This document shows, one piece after another, positions 26,501 to 33,382 of a DNA stretch of 33,382 bases (its first letter is position 1; every line of letters starts with the position of its first letter). The notes under the pieces were generated by a model. That model saw only the letters and a list, made by a program, of their open reading frames with translations. It did no database searches and was not told the DNA's origin. The stretch spans positions 3,282,700 through 3,316,081 of the forward strand of contig CP070751.1 in NCBI GenBank assembly GCA_020348445.1, given 5' to 3'. A program made the translations under genes and the position numbers. Origin of the DNA: Thermoplasmata archaeon (GTDB taxonomy: Archaea > Thermoplasmatota > Thermoplasmata > GCA-020350865).

Positions 26501-29500
26501 AAATTTAAAGAATCAAAATCCCCGTTACCATCATAGAGCGTAACGTTCACCCAAATGCTGCCCACATCTGCTACCTGGGGAATACCCGAAAGAACACCTG
26601 TTACGGGATCAATAGAAATCCAAGAGGCATTTGTTTCATATGTCCAATGGGAATTTCCTTCTCCTTCATCATCCCCTTCAAAATCGAATATGTATTGCTG
26701 GTTCTCATATGCCCATTGAATTGGTGATGTTGAAATTATCTGCGGCGGTGAATTGGCAACTGTAAGTATGAAATAAGACCAATCAAGACCACCATCATTG
26801 TCACTTACTGAGACATTTACCCAAAACCAGCCAACATCTCCGTTGTCAGGTGTGCCGTTGAGATATCCGCTGTTTTTATCAAGGGTAAGCCAGGATGCAT
26901 TGGTATCCAATACCCAAACGCAGTTGTCGCCATCTGCATCTGAGTGTAAGTATTGTATTGAGTACAACAAATCCTCATCAGCATTTGTAACATCAGATGT
27001 CAATATCTGCGGCGCTAGATTCGAAACCTGTGGAAGGAAAAACTCGCCGGTCTCTCCCCAATCCCCGTCTATATCACTTGCTGCAAAATGATGGGTATAG
27101 TATCCTTTTGTCAGGCCTGAAATAATAAAATAGTACAGTTTTCCATCAGAGTAAATTGTATCACTTGGATCAAGCTCCATCATTATATGTGGGCCTGGAT
27201 TTGAAGGGCCTGTAAGGTTCATTGTGACCTGATTTGGCATGTCATCATCCAAATCAATGTAATTTACTGTGAAGTTGAAGGAGGTGGTGATATTTCCGAA
27301 AGTGGGGGTGACTTGAGCCATTGTTAGCTCGGGTGGGTTGTTGGCGACATTTAAGGTTTGCGGGACAGTGGAGATCCAATCCTCCCCGTCAAATACTGTA
27401 AAGAAATAGGTGTAGGAGCCCTTTCCCAGGATCAGGTTTAGGTAATAATCCTTTCCATCCCAATACGTTGTGTCTGAGGTGTCAAGCTCCAATAACGATT
27501 GATTGTCGGATACCGGTCCTGTGACTGTAAGGCCTATCCATGCTGGGAAATCCCCATCTTTGTCAAGGTAGTCCACAGTGAAGTTAAATGAAGTTTCACC
27601 CTTGCCAGTTGAGGGAGAGACAGAGGGGTATCTGAGTTCTGGGGGATTGTTATTCACTATAAACCCTACAAAGGATGTTGAATTCCAGATTATACCGTCG
27701 TATGCAACAAAGCGGTATTGGTACAGGCCTTTGGGCAATGTAAGGTTGAGGAAAAACCACTTTCCGTCGGTCATATCAAAATCACTGGGATCGAGTTCGT
27801 TCATTGTGAGGTTGTAATCTCCAGCTCCTCTAATGGTGATCTTTAATGGTGCAGGATAATCGTCGTCCGAATCAAGATACATGACAGAGAAATTGAACCA
27901 TCCTCCGCCAAAACTCCCTGCCTCGTTTGTGTAACCTGGGGAGATAAATTGCGGTGGGTTATTTGTGTAATAGATCAAAGAAAATCCCAAAAGCGTGGGT
28001 GTCACTGATGTGTCTGCTGTTAAGAATTCGGCTTTGAATCTTATAGTTCCTGAGGAGGTGTCAACAGATCTCATATCACCACCGGGATCAACAGGAGACC
28101 AACTTCCACCCGAGTTCAAGGAGTACCAGAATACTATGGTCTGTAAATTCAGGATGCTGTCAATGTACAACTGGCCCCAACTCGCCACTGCGGCTGGAAC
28201 AAAATCGTTCTTCATGTATAGGGTGCCGTTTTTTGAATAGTAACTGTACAATATGTTTACATCTGAAAGTACAGGAGTGTTGCTTGAGTTGGTTGTTATC
28301 AATATTGCTCGATATTGAATATACTGATTGCTTGCCGATGTAATGGCTTCTCCTGTAGAAACGGTATATGCGCTTGACCAAGGGCCCCATGAGGAGTTGT
28401 CATGCGAAGTCCTTGTTTGAATGATTATTCTTGTTCCTGGATCTAAAGTTGAGCTCCAGCTTATTTCTTCCCAGTTAGCTTTGGTCCCTGCATCAAAACC
28501 AATTGAAATGTATTCCCCCCTGCTCTCATTTCCCAGGCCTCCAACTGAAAAGTTGTCATAACCCACACTAAGTTCCACACCAAATTCGGTTTCAATGATC
28601 AATCGAAGTCTAAGAGAGATATTGTAGAAACCTCTTTTTAATATCCATTCACTGATGTCCACGGTCTCAGGGGTCCAGGATGATGAGGTGTCCGCGTCTA
28701 AACTCCATATCACAGTATCGTTGATGGCTATGCTCATCTCGGCATTTGAAACGTTTTTTGCGATCTCCACAACTCTATCGAACGTGAGATTTGTTCTTTC
28801 GAAGATAATGGTCACATCGTATAACGTTGGGGTTATAGCGGGGGAGGGGGTCTGCAGGTGGGCGCGGTATTGAATGTATCTGCCGGGTCCCGAAATTATT
28901 GCATCTCCAGGCTGCGAGTAGTTACCGCTCCAACCTCCCCACGTAATATTATCCAAGGAGGTTCTTGTCTCGATGGCAATGGTGCCGCCTGGCGGTGTTT
29001 CACCGTTCCAGTTTATGTTCCCCCAGGAGTTCATAACTTTTTCTGCATCAAAGACCTGGGATGTGAAATTGCCGTAGATTTCGTAATTGGGAAGCTTCCA
29101 TTGGATCTTAAGTTCCGGCCTCTGACCTTCGGCGCCGTTATCACTTGTGAATTCCAACCACCTGCTTGCACTCTCATCTGTATCATTTAAAAGCAAACCA
29201 TAATTCGGTTCACCGTCCACCCATTCCTGAACAAGGGTTGTGATGTTAAAACTATGAAATACATTTGATTCAGTTAGGTATACAGTTGATAAATTATATG
29301 GTGTGGGATCATATTCTCCACCCTTATCCCAAGGTATGGTGGGATCGGTATCTGCATTATCCCAGGTTGCACCATCAGTGGCTAACTCACTATTCTGTAT
29401 ACCTTCATCCCACTCTTTGGTTACCTTATAAACAGCCACTGGTACATCATCTGTATTCACCTGCTGCACCCACAAATCCAACACAGCGCTGCTGATAATC

Positions 29501-30822
29501 GCGCCATTGGGTATTTTACTTATGTTGAAGCGTAATAGACTTCTGGTGATGCTGGTTAGATCTGTCCCTCCAACCCAGAGTTCCGGTGAGATACCATAAT
29601 TGTTTTCATTAAAAAAGGAATATATCCAGGTTCCATTTCCCCCTGTCTCATTTGCATACAACGTTGTTTGTCCAGTCACAAAAGAACCTGCATAATCCAA
29701 AACCACACTGTCAGGTTGTAAAGTGAAGTTCACTTTGTTACTCCCCATATTCTTTAGGAAGTCTTCATACAATGTATCGTTAAAACCTGTGGTGTTTAGT
29801 ACCTCGAAGGTCTGGTTTATATATGCAGTCTCGTCAAATATTTCAGTTGTCACCTCAAGCCATATCTGATCCCATTCCACATATCCATCAGGCCCTGAAT
29901 CATCAGGATTAATAAATCTCACTCTGAGATTCTGAACATCTGACCACGTCCAAGAAGAGAAGGCGCTGGTGATATCATGAGATTGATTATCCCAACCTGT
30001 ATTATCAAGGGGAATTATCGATGTGTTGATAAAGGTGTTTGACTCATCCTCGTATTGGAGTGACGAGTTTCCACTTGATCCATCACCTCCATCGTATTGA
30101 CCCCCTTCAACCCTGTGAGTTCCCCACAGCACAACACTAACAATATTACCAGTTCTGCCCGTGATGTCAAATCCTGTAATCTCCAGGTATTGATCCCTTT
30201 CAACCTGCCACCACTTGAGGTCATTAAAGCCCAAAAGAGCATCAACTAAATCAATTGCGGAACTGCCTCCATTGTTACCATTTGAAACACCACTAGATAC
30301 ATTCTGCCTTCCAAAAATCCGCGGATTGGAAATGGAGTAATGAGACAGTTTACCATATTCGCTGCCTAAAATCCATTCTGAGGTGATGTCATTGCTGCTG
30401 TCGAAGCTCCAGTTTGCACTTGTGATAAATTCTCCATTTTTTATCAGGTTTGCCCCCGGTCCAGGTGATGTAGATATCAGCATTAGATCCCCCGGAGAAG
30501 TTGTCGTGTCAATATTGAAAATGGTGGACCCTGTTTCAAACTCGGATTGTGTGGTTTGATTCCACCAAAAGGAATGAATTGTGAGATTGCACTCCCCGTT
30601 TTCCATGGTCAGATTATAAAGATCATAAAAATCCGAATTATTTAAGGGCCAATCTGCGGTAAAAGTACCATTAAGGTTATCGGTGACTATTGGCTCAGAA
30701 TTCGCAGGATAAGAATTAATCAAGCAACCAATAATAAATACAAATACAATTAATATATTTATTATGATTGAAGTAGAAGGAGGTTCCCTTTTAATTCCAA
30801 CATTTTTTCCTTTCGTTCTCAT
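23563..30822 (-). CDS. giant (~2420 aa) single-pass cell-surface protein: DNRLRE-like, Ig/cadherin-like and PKD domains, TM helix, cytoplasmic roadblock/longin-like domain
   Basis: Signal-like N-terminus; RSLLRFNISKIPNGAIISSAVLDL (DNRLRE-like); repeated NNPPEL..FNFTV.Y.D.D.D units; WLTLDKNSGYLNGTP putative-Ig repeats; YTWYFGDG PKD; TM FIWLWVFLAFILGVLGVFVY; then EEAFLVNNAG..ISAMLTAVQEFVKDSF. ATG 30822 after ggtg (track uses TTG 30840). Confidence 0.88.
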   Translation of the reverse strand: MRTKGKNVGIKREPPSTSIIINILIVFVFIIGCLINSYPANSEPIVTDNLNGTFTADWPLNNSDFYDLYNLTMENGECNLTIHSFWWNQTTQSEFETGSTIFNIDTTTSPGDLMLISTSPGPGANLIKNGEFITSANWSFDSSNDITSEWILGSEYGKLSHYSISNPRIFGRQNVSSGVSNGNNGGSSAIDLVDALLGFNDLKWWQVERDQYLEITGFDITGRTGNIVSVVLWGTHRVEGGQYDGGDGSSGNSSLQYEDESNTFINTSIIPLDNTGWDNQSHDITSAFSSWTWSDVQNLRVRFINPDDSGPDGYVEWDQIWLEVTTEIFDETAYINQTFEVLNTTGFNDTLYEDFLKNMGSNKVNFTLQPDSVVLDYAGSFVTGQTTLYANETGGNGTWIYSFFNENNYGISPELWVGGTDLTSITRSLLRFNISKIPNGAIISSAVLDLWVQQVNTDDVPVAVYKVTKEWDEGIQNSELATDGATWDNADTDPTIPWDKGGEYDPTPYNLSTVYLTESNVFHSFNITTLVQEWVDGEPNYGLLLNDTDESASRWLEFTSDNGAEGQRPELKIQWKLPNYEIYGNFTSQVFDAEKVMNSWGNINWNGETPPGGTIAIETRTSLDNITWGGWSGNYSQPGDAIISGPGRYIQYRAHLQTPSPAITPTLYDVTIIFERTNLTFDRVVEIAKNVSNAEMSIAINDTVIWSLDADTSSSWTPETVDISEWILKRGFYNISLRLRLIIETEFGVELSVGYDNFSVGGLGNESRGEYISIGFDAGTKANWEEISWSSTLDPGTRIIIQTRTSHDNSSWGPWSSAYTVSTGEAITSASNQYIQYRAILITTNSSNTPVLSDVNILYSYYSKNGTLYMKNDFVPAAVASWGQLYIDSILNLQTIVFWYSLNSGGSWSPVDPGGDMRSVDTSSGTIRFKAEFLTADTSVTPTLLGFSLIYYTNNPPQFISPGYTNEAGSFGGGWFNFSVMYLDSDDDYPAPLKITIRGAGDYNLTMNELDPSDFDMTDGKWFFLNLTLPKGLYQYRFVAYDGIIWNSTSFVGFIVNNNPPELRYPSVSPSTGKGETSFNFTVDYLDKDGDFPAWIGLTVTGPVSDNQSLLELDTSDTTYWDGKDYYLNLILGKGSYTYFFTVFDGEDWISTVPQTLNVANNPPELTMAQVTPTFGNITTSFNFTVNYIDLDDDMPNQVTMNLTGPSNPGPHIMMELDPSDTIYSDGKLYYFIISGLTKGYYTHHFAASDIDGDWGETGEFFLPQVSNLAPQILTSDVTNADEDLLYSIQYLHSDADGDNCVWVLDTNASWLTLDKNSGYLNGTPDNGDVGWFWVNVSVSDNDGGLDWSYFILTVANSPPQIISTSPIQWAYENQQYIFDFEGDDEGEGNSHWTYETNASWISIDPVTGVLSGIPQVADVGSIWVNVTLYDGNGDFDSLNFSITVNDTSAPIADAGADDTIDEDTTYIFDGSGSQDNSGQITNYTWYFGDGEVGYGPTPQHIYTNMGTYMVVLVVRDPSGNEGYDAMELTVNNPSPVADAGSDLAANEGETVFFDASGSSDTPSDAPNLVYLWDFDNDTQFDDGVGVQTSYIWMDEGIFQVNLKVVDDNGDFGIATINVTVTNLPPSVDLNGPYSGLEGEKIYFFATASDSGNDVLWIRWDWDNDGQNDTDWTTQPYTNHTWALFGTYTVRVQVWDGDDGFNEDTASVQVIRPNQPPMILGVGGRYVHFDYPYLLDLTPYVYDPDTPINDLIVTTDSPYIEVNGLILTLNYPEGMVGKTDVVIITVSDGKSQDNDTFTVSITDNYPPESTGSIPPVNFDEGETLEDAVDLDNYFTDKDNDPLSYHFIGNVHVRPVLNSSTGFVSFSADPNWYGIENIIVRAYDPNGAFTEQVVNVTVNSVNFEPTIEGIQDVYVRLNSPWELLVLNPIYVWDDENILDLNLYTNSSFVTLSPTREGVLVFYYFDSLIETEIVKISVNDGEFTASIDVTVHISSDNWPPYIKDYSYPSTVRFDEDTELLNHFNLNDYFADNVTDTLTFTQIVESSYVFVTINTEGLVSFSSSQNWFGITSVDFRAQDTSGAWASFSIEVIVDSVNDVPEIRQVITYLQINENETWIIDLDDYFFDVEDGTNLTFSCNMPEIIIDPVTHEARWERDEKTLLSGVVFTASDGEANISMDPIDISVIKPVVKPESVKEPEPFIWLWVFLAFILGVLGVFVYREIRYRFRVEEAFLVNNAGILMTHLSRGESKMALDVELISAMLTAVQEFVKDSFSKGETDSDVIVDKKKSLEKLEFGEFHLVLEQGKYSFLCTVISGYVNKRLRKRMRIVLEEFETEYGDILHDWDGVMETFEKAQSILAKVFKKGTKVEEMTTSIGRMREGDEGVTQITYGETEDDEQVLDYDDFMAEDESPSDENPPPSA

Positions 30823-30991
30823 TTCACACCACTGACTCAAGTAAACGAAAAGAGTTTTGGGTATAAATTATTAACTAAAGAAAATCATGAAATATCAAAA
30901 AAAAATTAATGAAGCATATGCTACGCTCAATTTACATATGACTGGATTATTTGTAGTATTTACCTGTAGACTCGCCCTTAATCCGATATAT

Positions 30992-31099
30992 TTACGGATG
31001 CCAATTTTTGTTTTTGACTATTACTGTTTCTAATGCGTGCTTTGTTCTCTCTTGTGCAATTGGACTTTTTGTCGTATTGTATAGTCCTGGTGGAAACAT
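30992..31099 (-). CDS. possible 35-aa small ORF (MFPPGLYNTTKSPIAQERTKHALETVIVKNKNWHP)
   Basis: ATG preceded by gggag within a 540-bp intergenic region; no homology evidence. Confidence 0.2.
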   Translation of the reverse strand: MFPPGLYNTTKSPIAQERTKHALETVIVKNKNWHP

Positions 31100-31383
31100 C
31101 TTCTCTCCCCATTTTCTTCCTAAACTCCCTGAATTAGCTAATAATCGCTAATTACACTCAGGGCCCATATAGAATATCGAGTTATGGCTATTTAAACTTT
31201 TGTTTACAATTTTTTTAAAATGAACTAACACCAGATCCAATTAAATCACTTTAATCAAATTGAAGTTTTATTATTAACATTTACTAAAATAATAGGTCTG
31301 GAACAATAGAAGCCTAAAGTAAATATGTGCGAAAACCAAGATAAACAATTAAATATCCAGAAATTCATATTGCCACCGATCAA

Positions 31384-32376
31384 ATGGCGGAAGGGAAATC
31401 CATCGTGCACAATTGTCCATTATGCGGGAATTCACTGGACTTTATCGAGAAGGATAATGCCTGGTACTGTAAATTCTGCAAGGATTATAGGGATGTAGAA
31501 AACAAAGCCGACGCCAAGGAAGTGCAACCTTCAGTTGTTCCATCCTCTACCGAGGCAACACAAAGAAGATGCTTTATCTGCCTGGGTTTAATTACAGATG
31601 AAAACGAATCCTTTGAATGCGAATGCGGGAGCATATCGCACGATGATTGCATAAAGGAAGTGGGGAATTGCTCGGTATGTAAAATAAAATATACTCCAGA
31701 AGATTTTCTGAAACTAAAGGATTTTGTTTATTTGATAAAAAAGGGAAAATCCATGCTTAACAAGAATAGATACAAGAATGCTCAGCTTTGGTTTAGTAGG
31801 GCATTGAAGATCAGAGGTAACAGTACATATGCGTGGAATTGTAAGGGGATGGCTTATGCAGAGAATTGCCAATTCGAGGAAGCCCTACAATGTTATGACA
31901 AGGCAATAGAACTGAAAAAGAACCATGAGGCATATTATAACAAGGCTATAACCCTGCTGAAAATGAAATCATTTAAAGAGAGCCTTGAATGTGTAAATAC
32001 AGCCATCTCATTAAATCGAGATGATGCCAATTCTTGGTATGTAAAGGGTTTGGCACTTTCAAAGATGAGGATGCCGAGAATAGCAATAAAATGTTATGAT
32101 AAGGCCCTTGATCTGGTTCCTGAAAACGGTCTTTTTTGGTACGCCAAGGGTAAAGCCTTAATTGAAATCGATAGATCCGATCCCGCCCTTGATTGTTTTG
32201 AATCTGCCTTGGAAATAGATCCCAAGGATATTAATGCATTGTTCGAGAAGGGAAGACTGCTTGCAAGAATAAATAGGATTGATGAGGCAAAGGCAACCTT
32301 CGACGAAGTTCTTAAATGGGAGCCTGAGCATACAGGTGCAATAAGAGAAAAGGAAAAGGCACTTGCGCGAGGGTAG
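31384..32376 (+). CDS. TPR-repeat protein with two N-terminal zinc-binding modules
   Basis: CPLC...CKFC ribbon; CFIC...CEC...H..C...C..C module; about 6 TPRs (AWNCKG.AY, ALQCYDKAIEL, WYVKGLAL, AL.CF..ALEIDP). Confidence 0.9.
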   Translation: MAEGKSIVHNCPLCGNSLDFIEKDNAWYCKFCKDYRDVENKADAKEVQPSVVPSSTEATQRRCFICLGLITDENESFECECGSISHDDCIKEVGNCSVCKIKYTPEDFLKLKDFVYLIKKGKSMLNKNRYKNAQLWFSRALKIRGNSTYAWNCKGMAYAENCQFEEALQCYDKAIELKKNHEAYYNKAITLLKMKSFKESLECVNTAISLNRDDANSWYVKGLALSKMRMPRIAIKCYDKALDLVPENGLFWYAKGKALIEIDRSDPALDCFESALEIDPKDINALFEKGRLLARINRIDEAKATFDEVLKWEPEHTGAIREKEKALARG

Positions 32377-32458
32377 CCACATTTGTAGTGAGCTTTGGTC
32401 AACTCTAGACCTTGACAAACCTGCGGTTTGTCTTCGGAGCAAACTTGGCTACCCTCTC
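32367..32458. repeat. palindromic element whose ends copy the 5' end of the adjacent tRNA-Leu
   Basis: gcgagggtagcca (32367-32379) equals tRNA nt 1-13; cttggctaccctc (32444-32456) is the reverse complement of tRNA nt 3-15; internal hairpin gacaaacc-tgc-ggtttgtc (32414-32432). Confidence 0.75.
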
Positions 32459-32477
32459 AGCTTACAATCGCTTTAAT

Positions 32478-32562
32478 GCGAGGGTAGCCAAGCCTGGTCA
32501 ACGGCGCAGGATTCAGGGTCCTGTCTCGAAGGAGTTCTTGGGTTCGAATCCCATCCCTCGCA
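32478..32562 (+). tRNA. tRNA-Leu (anticodon CAG)
   Basis: Acceptor GCGAGGG/CCCTCGC + discriminator A; D-arm GCC/GGC; anticodon stem CAGGA/TCCTG with loop TTCAGGG; variable arm CTC-GAAG-GAG; T-loop TTCGAAT; no intron; CCA not encoded. Confidence 0.95.
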
Positions 32563-32591
32563 CTTTTAATTTTATATTAATTTGATACAGT

Positions 32592-32819
32592 GCGAGGGCT
32601 TTGTGTCAGAGTTATACTGGGATAACAATTACTTCTTAAGCTCGGACACCCATCCCTCGCCCTAAGCTTTAGAATTCTTGAAATCGGGAATGCTATATAT
32701 TAGAATATTTTGCATCCAAGTTATCCTGGGTTATCGAATATGAACAGATGGAATTTAAGATGCCCTATTTATTGTCCACTTTATTATAAAAGAGTGGTTG
32801 GACACACCCATCCCTCGCA
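32592..32819 (+). repeat. direct repeats of the tRNA-Leu 3' end (att-like scars or tRNA-mimic hairpins)
   Basis: cccatccctcgc(a) at 32649-32660 and 32807-32819 equals tRNA 32550-32562, each preceded by ggacac; gcgaggg at 32592-32598; shared internal motif gttat(a/c)ctggg at 32611 and ~32720. Confidence 0.8.
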
Positions 32820-32857
32820 TCAGAACTTTTAAAAATTTAAAATGAATTACACCGAGC

Positions 32858-33382
32858 ATGAAAGTCATAAGAAGCGTTTCCTTTGATACATCCTTTCTTT
32901 TAAAGGACGATCCCGAAGTTGATAAGATCATCAAGGGATTGAAGCGTGATGGAATCGATTGCTTTGTAACATCCACTGTGATTTCTGAGCTGGAGCAGCT
33001 CAAAACCTGGGGTAGAATAGATGAACATGCATATAAAAAAGCCATGTCCAGGTTAAAACGTGTAGACGCGAAGATCATCGATTTTAAAAACAGATTCTTA
33101 TCCTCAGAGATAGGCAGTCAATGTATCGCCTCCATGAAGACCCATCTCGGTGCCGAGCCAAAGGATATCAAAAACGACTGCAGTATCCTAATTACGGGCC
33201 TTAAAAATGGAGTTGATCTCTTTCTTTCCGAGGATTTCCACTTTACCTCGAGTTTAACAGAAGAGGTCTTAGAGGAAGTAACCAATAAAGCATGTTTGGA
33301 ATATCATCAAATGTGTGGTGAGGAATTATATTCGGTCAATACTGAAAACTTTTTGAAGGTGTACAAGGAGGGAAAGATCGAT
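32858..33382 (+). CDS. PIN-domain (VapC-like) protein, truncated by the window end; missing from the ORF track
   Basis: Frame open for 175 codons to the edge: MKVIRSVSFDTSFLL...FVTSTVISELE...KNDCSILITG...LFLSEDFHF, with the four PIN-type acidic positions. Confidence 0.8.
   Translation, partial: MKVIRSVSFDTSFLLKDDPEVDKIIKGLKRDGIDCFVTSTVISELEQLKTWGRIDEHAYKKAMSRLKRVDAKIIDFKNRFLSSEIGSQCIASMKTHLGAEPKDIKNDCSILITGLKNGVDLFLSEDFHFTSSLTEEVLEEVTNKACLEYHQMCGEELYSVNTENFLKVYKEGKID

Noticed and set aside
4594-32376. Genome-wide amber (pyrrolysine) recoding
   Set aside because: 8 of 22 complete genes end in TAG at sensible C-termini, and no conserved protein needs an internal TAG read through. Only two local in-frame cases were kept as low-interest findings.
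32396-32418. CTCTAGA loop in element A as an amber-suppressor or Pyl tRNA anticodon
   Set aside because: The best stem (gtcaa/ttgac) leaves a 9-nt loop, and there is no T-arm or cloverleaf.
1-33382. CRISPR array
   Set aside because: No run of equal-length repeats with unique spacers and no cas genes; the repeats near the tRNA are tRNA-derived and unevenly spaced.
32858-33382. PIN protein as HARP (protein-only RNase P)
   Set aside because: The characteristic G(I/L)LDS..D.D motif is not seen in the available part.

Overview
Archaeal chromosomal window, probably from a Thermoplasmatota genome (inferred from Cdc6/Orc1, Sec11-type signal peptidase, Pcc1, prefoldin beta, split archaeal glutamate synthase and giant PKD surface proteins). 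It holds 22 complete CDSs, one CDS cut by the right edge (PIN domain) and one tRNA-Leu(CAG). Left to right: a secreted SBBP-propeller/PKD protein; two divergent membrane proteins with C-terminal Zn ribbons; an unknown exported protein; an MBL hydrolase; cdc6; signal peptidase I; a Zn-finger nuclease-like gene; pfdB; pcc1; an AsnC/Lrp regulator; a fused HdrB-HdrC gene heading a three-gene glutamate synthase cluster; an ABC-2 exporter; a NikR-like regulator divergent from a ZIP transporter; a divergent Tag-like glycosylase; a ~2400-aa single-pass surface protein with a cytoplasmic roadblock/longin-like domain; a Zn-finger/TPR protein; tRNA-Leu; and the PIN gene. Two candidates stand out. (1) A glutamate synthase cluster with no GltD in the window and an Hdr-type (CCG + 4Fe-4S) fusion protein as its apparent partner. 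(2) A tRNA-Leu flanked on both sides by direct and inverted copies of its own ends, forming tRNA-mimic hairpins directly upstream of a PIN nuclease with no upstream antitoxin gene. No CRISPR array, integrase, transposase or rRNA is seen. All calls come from motif reading by eye; no database search was run.
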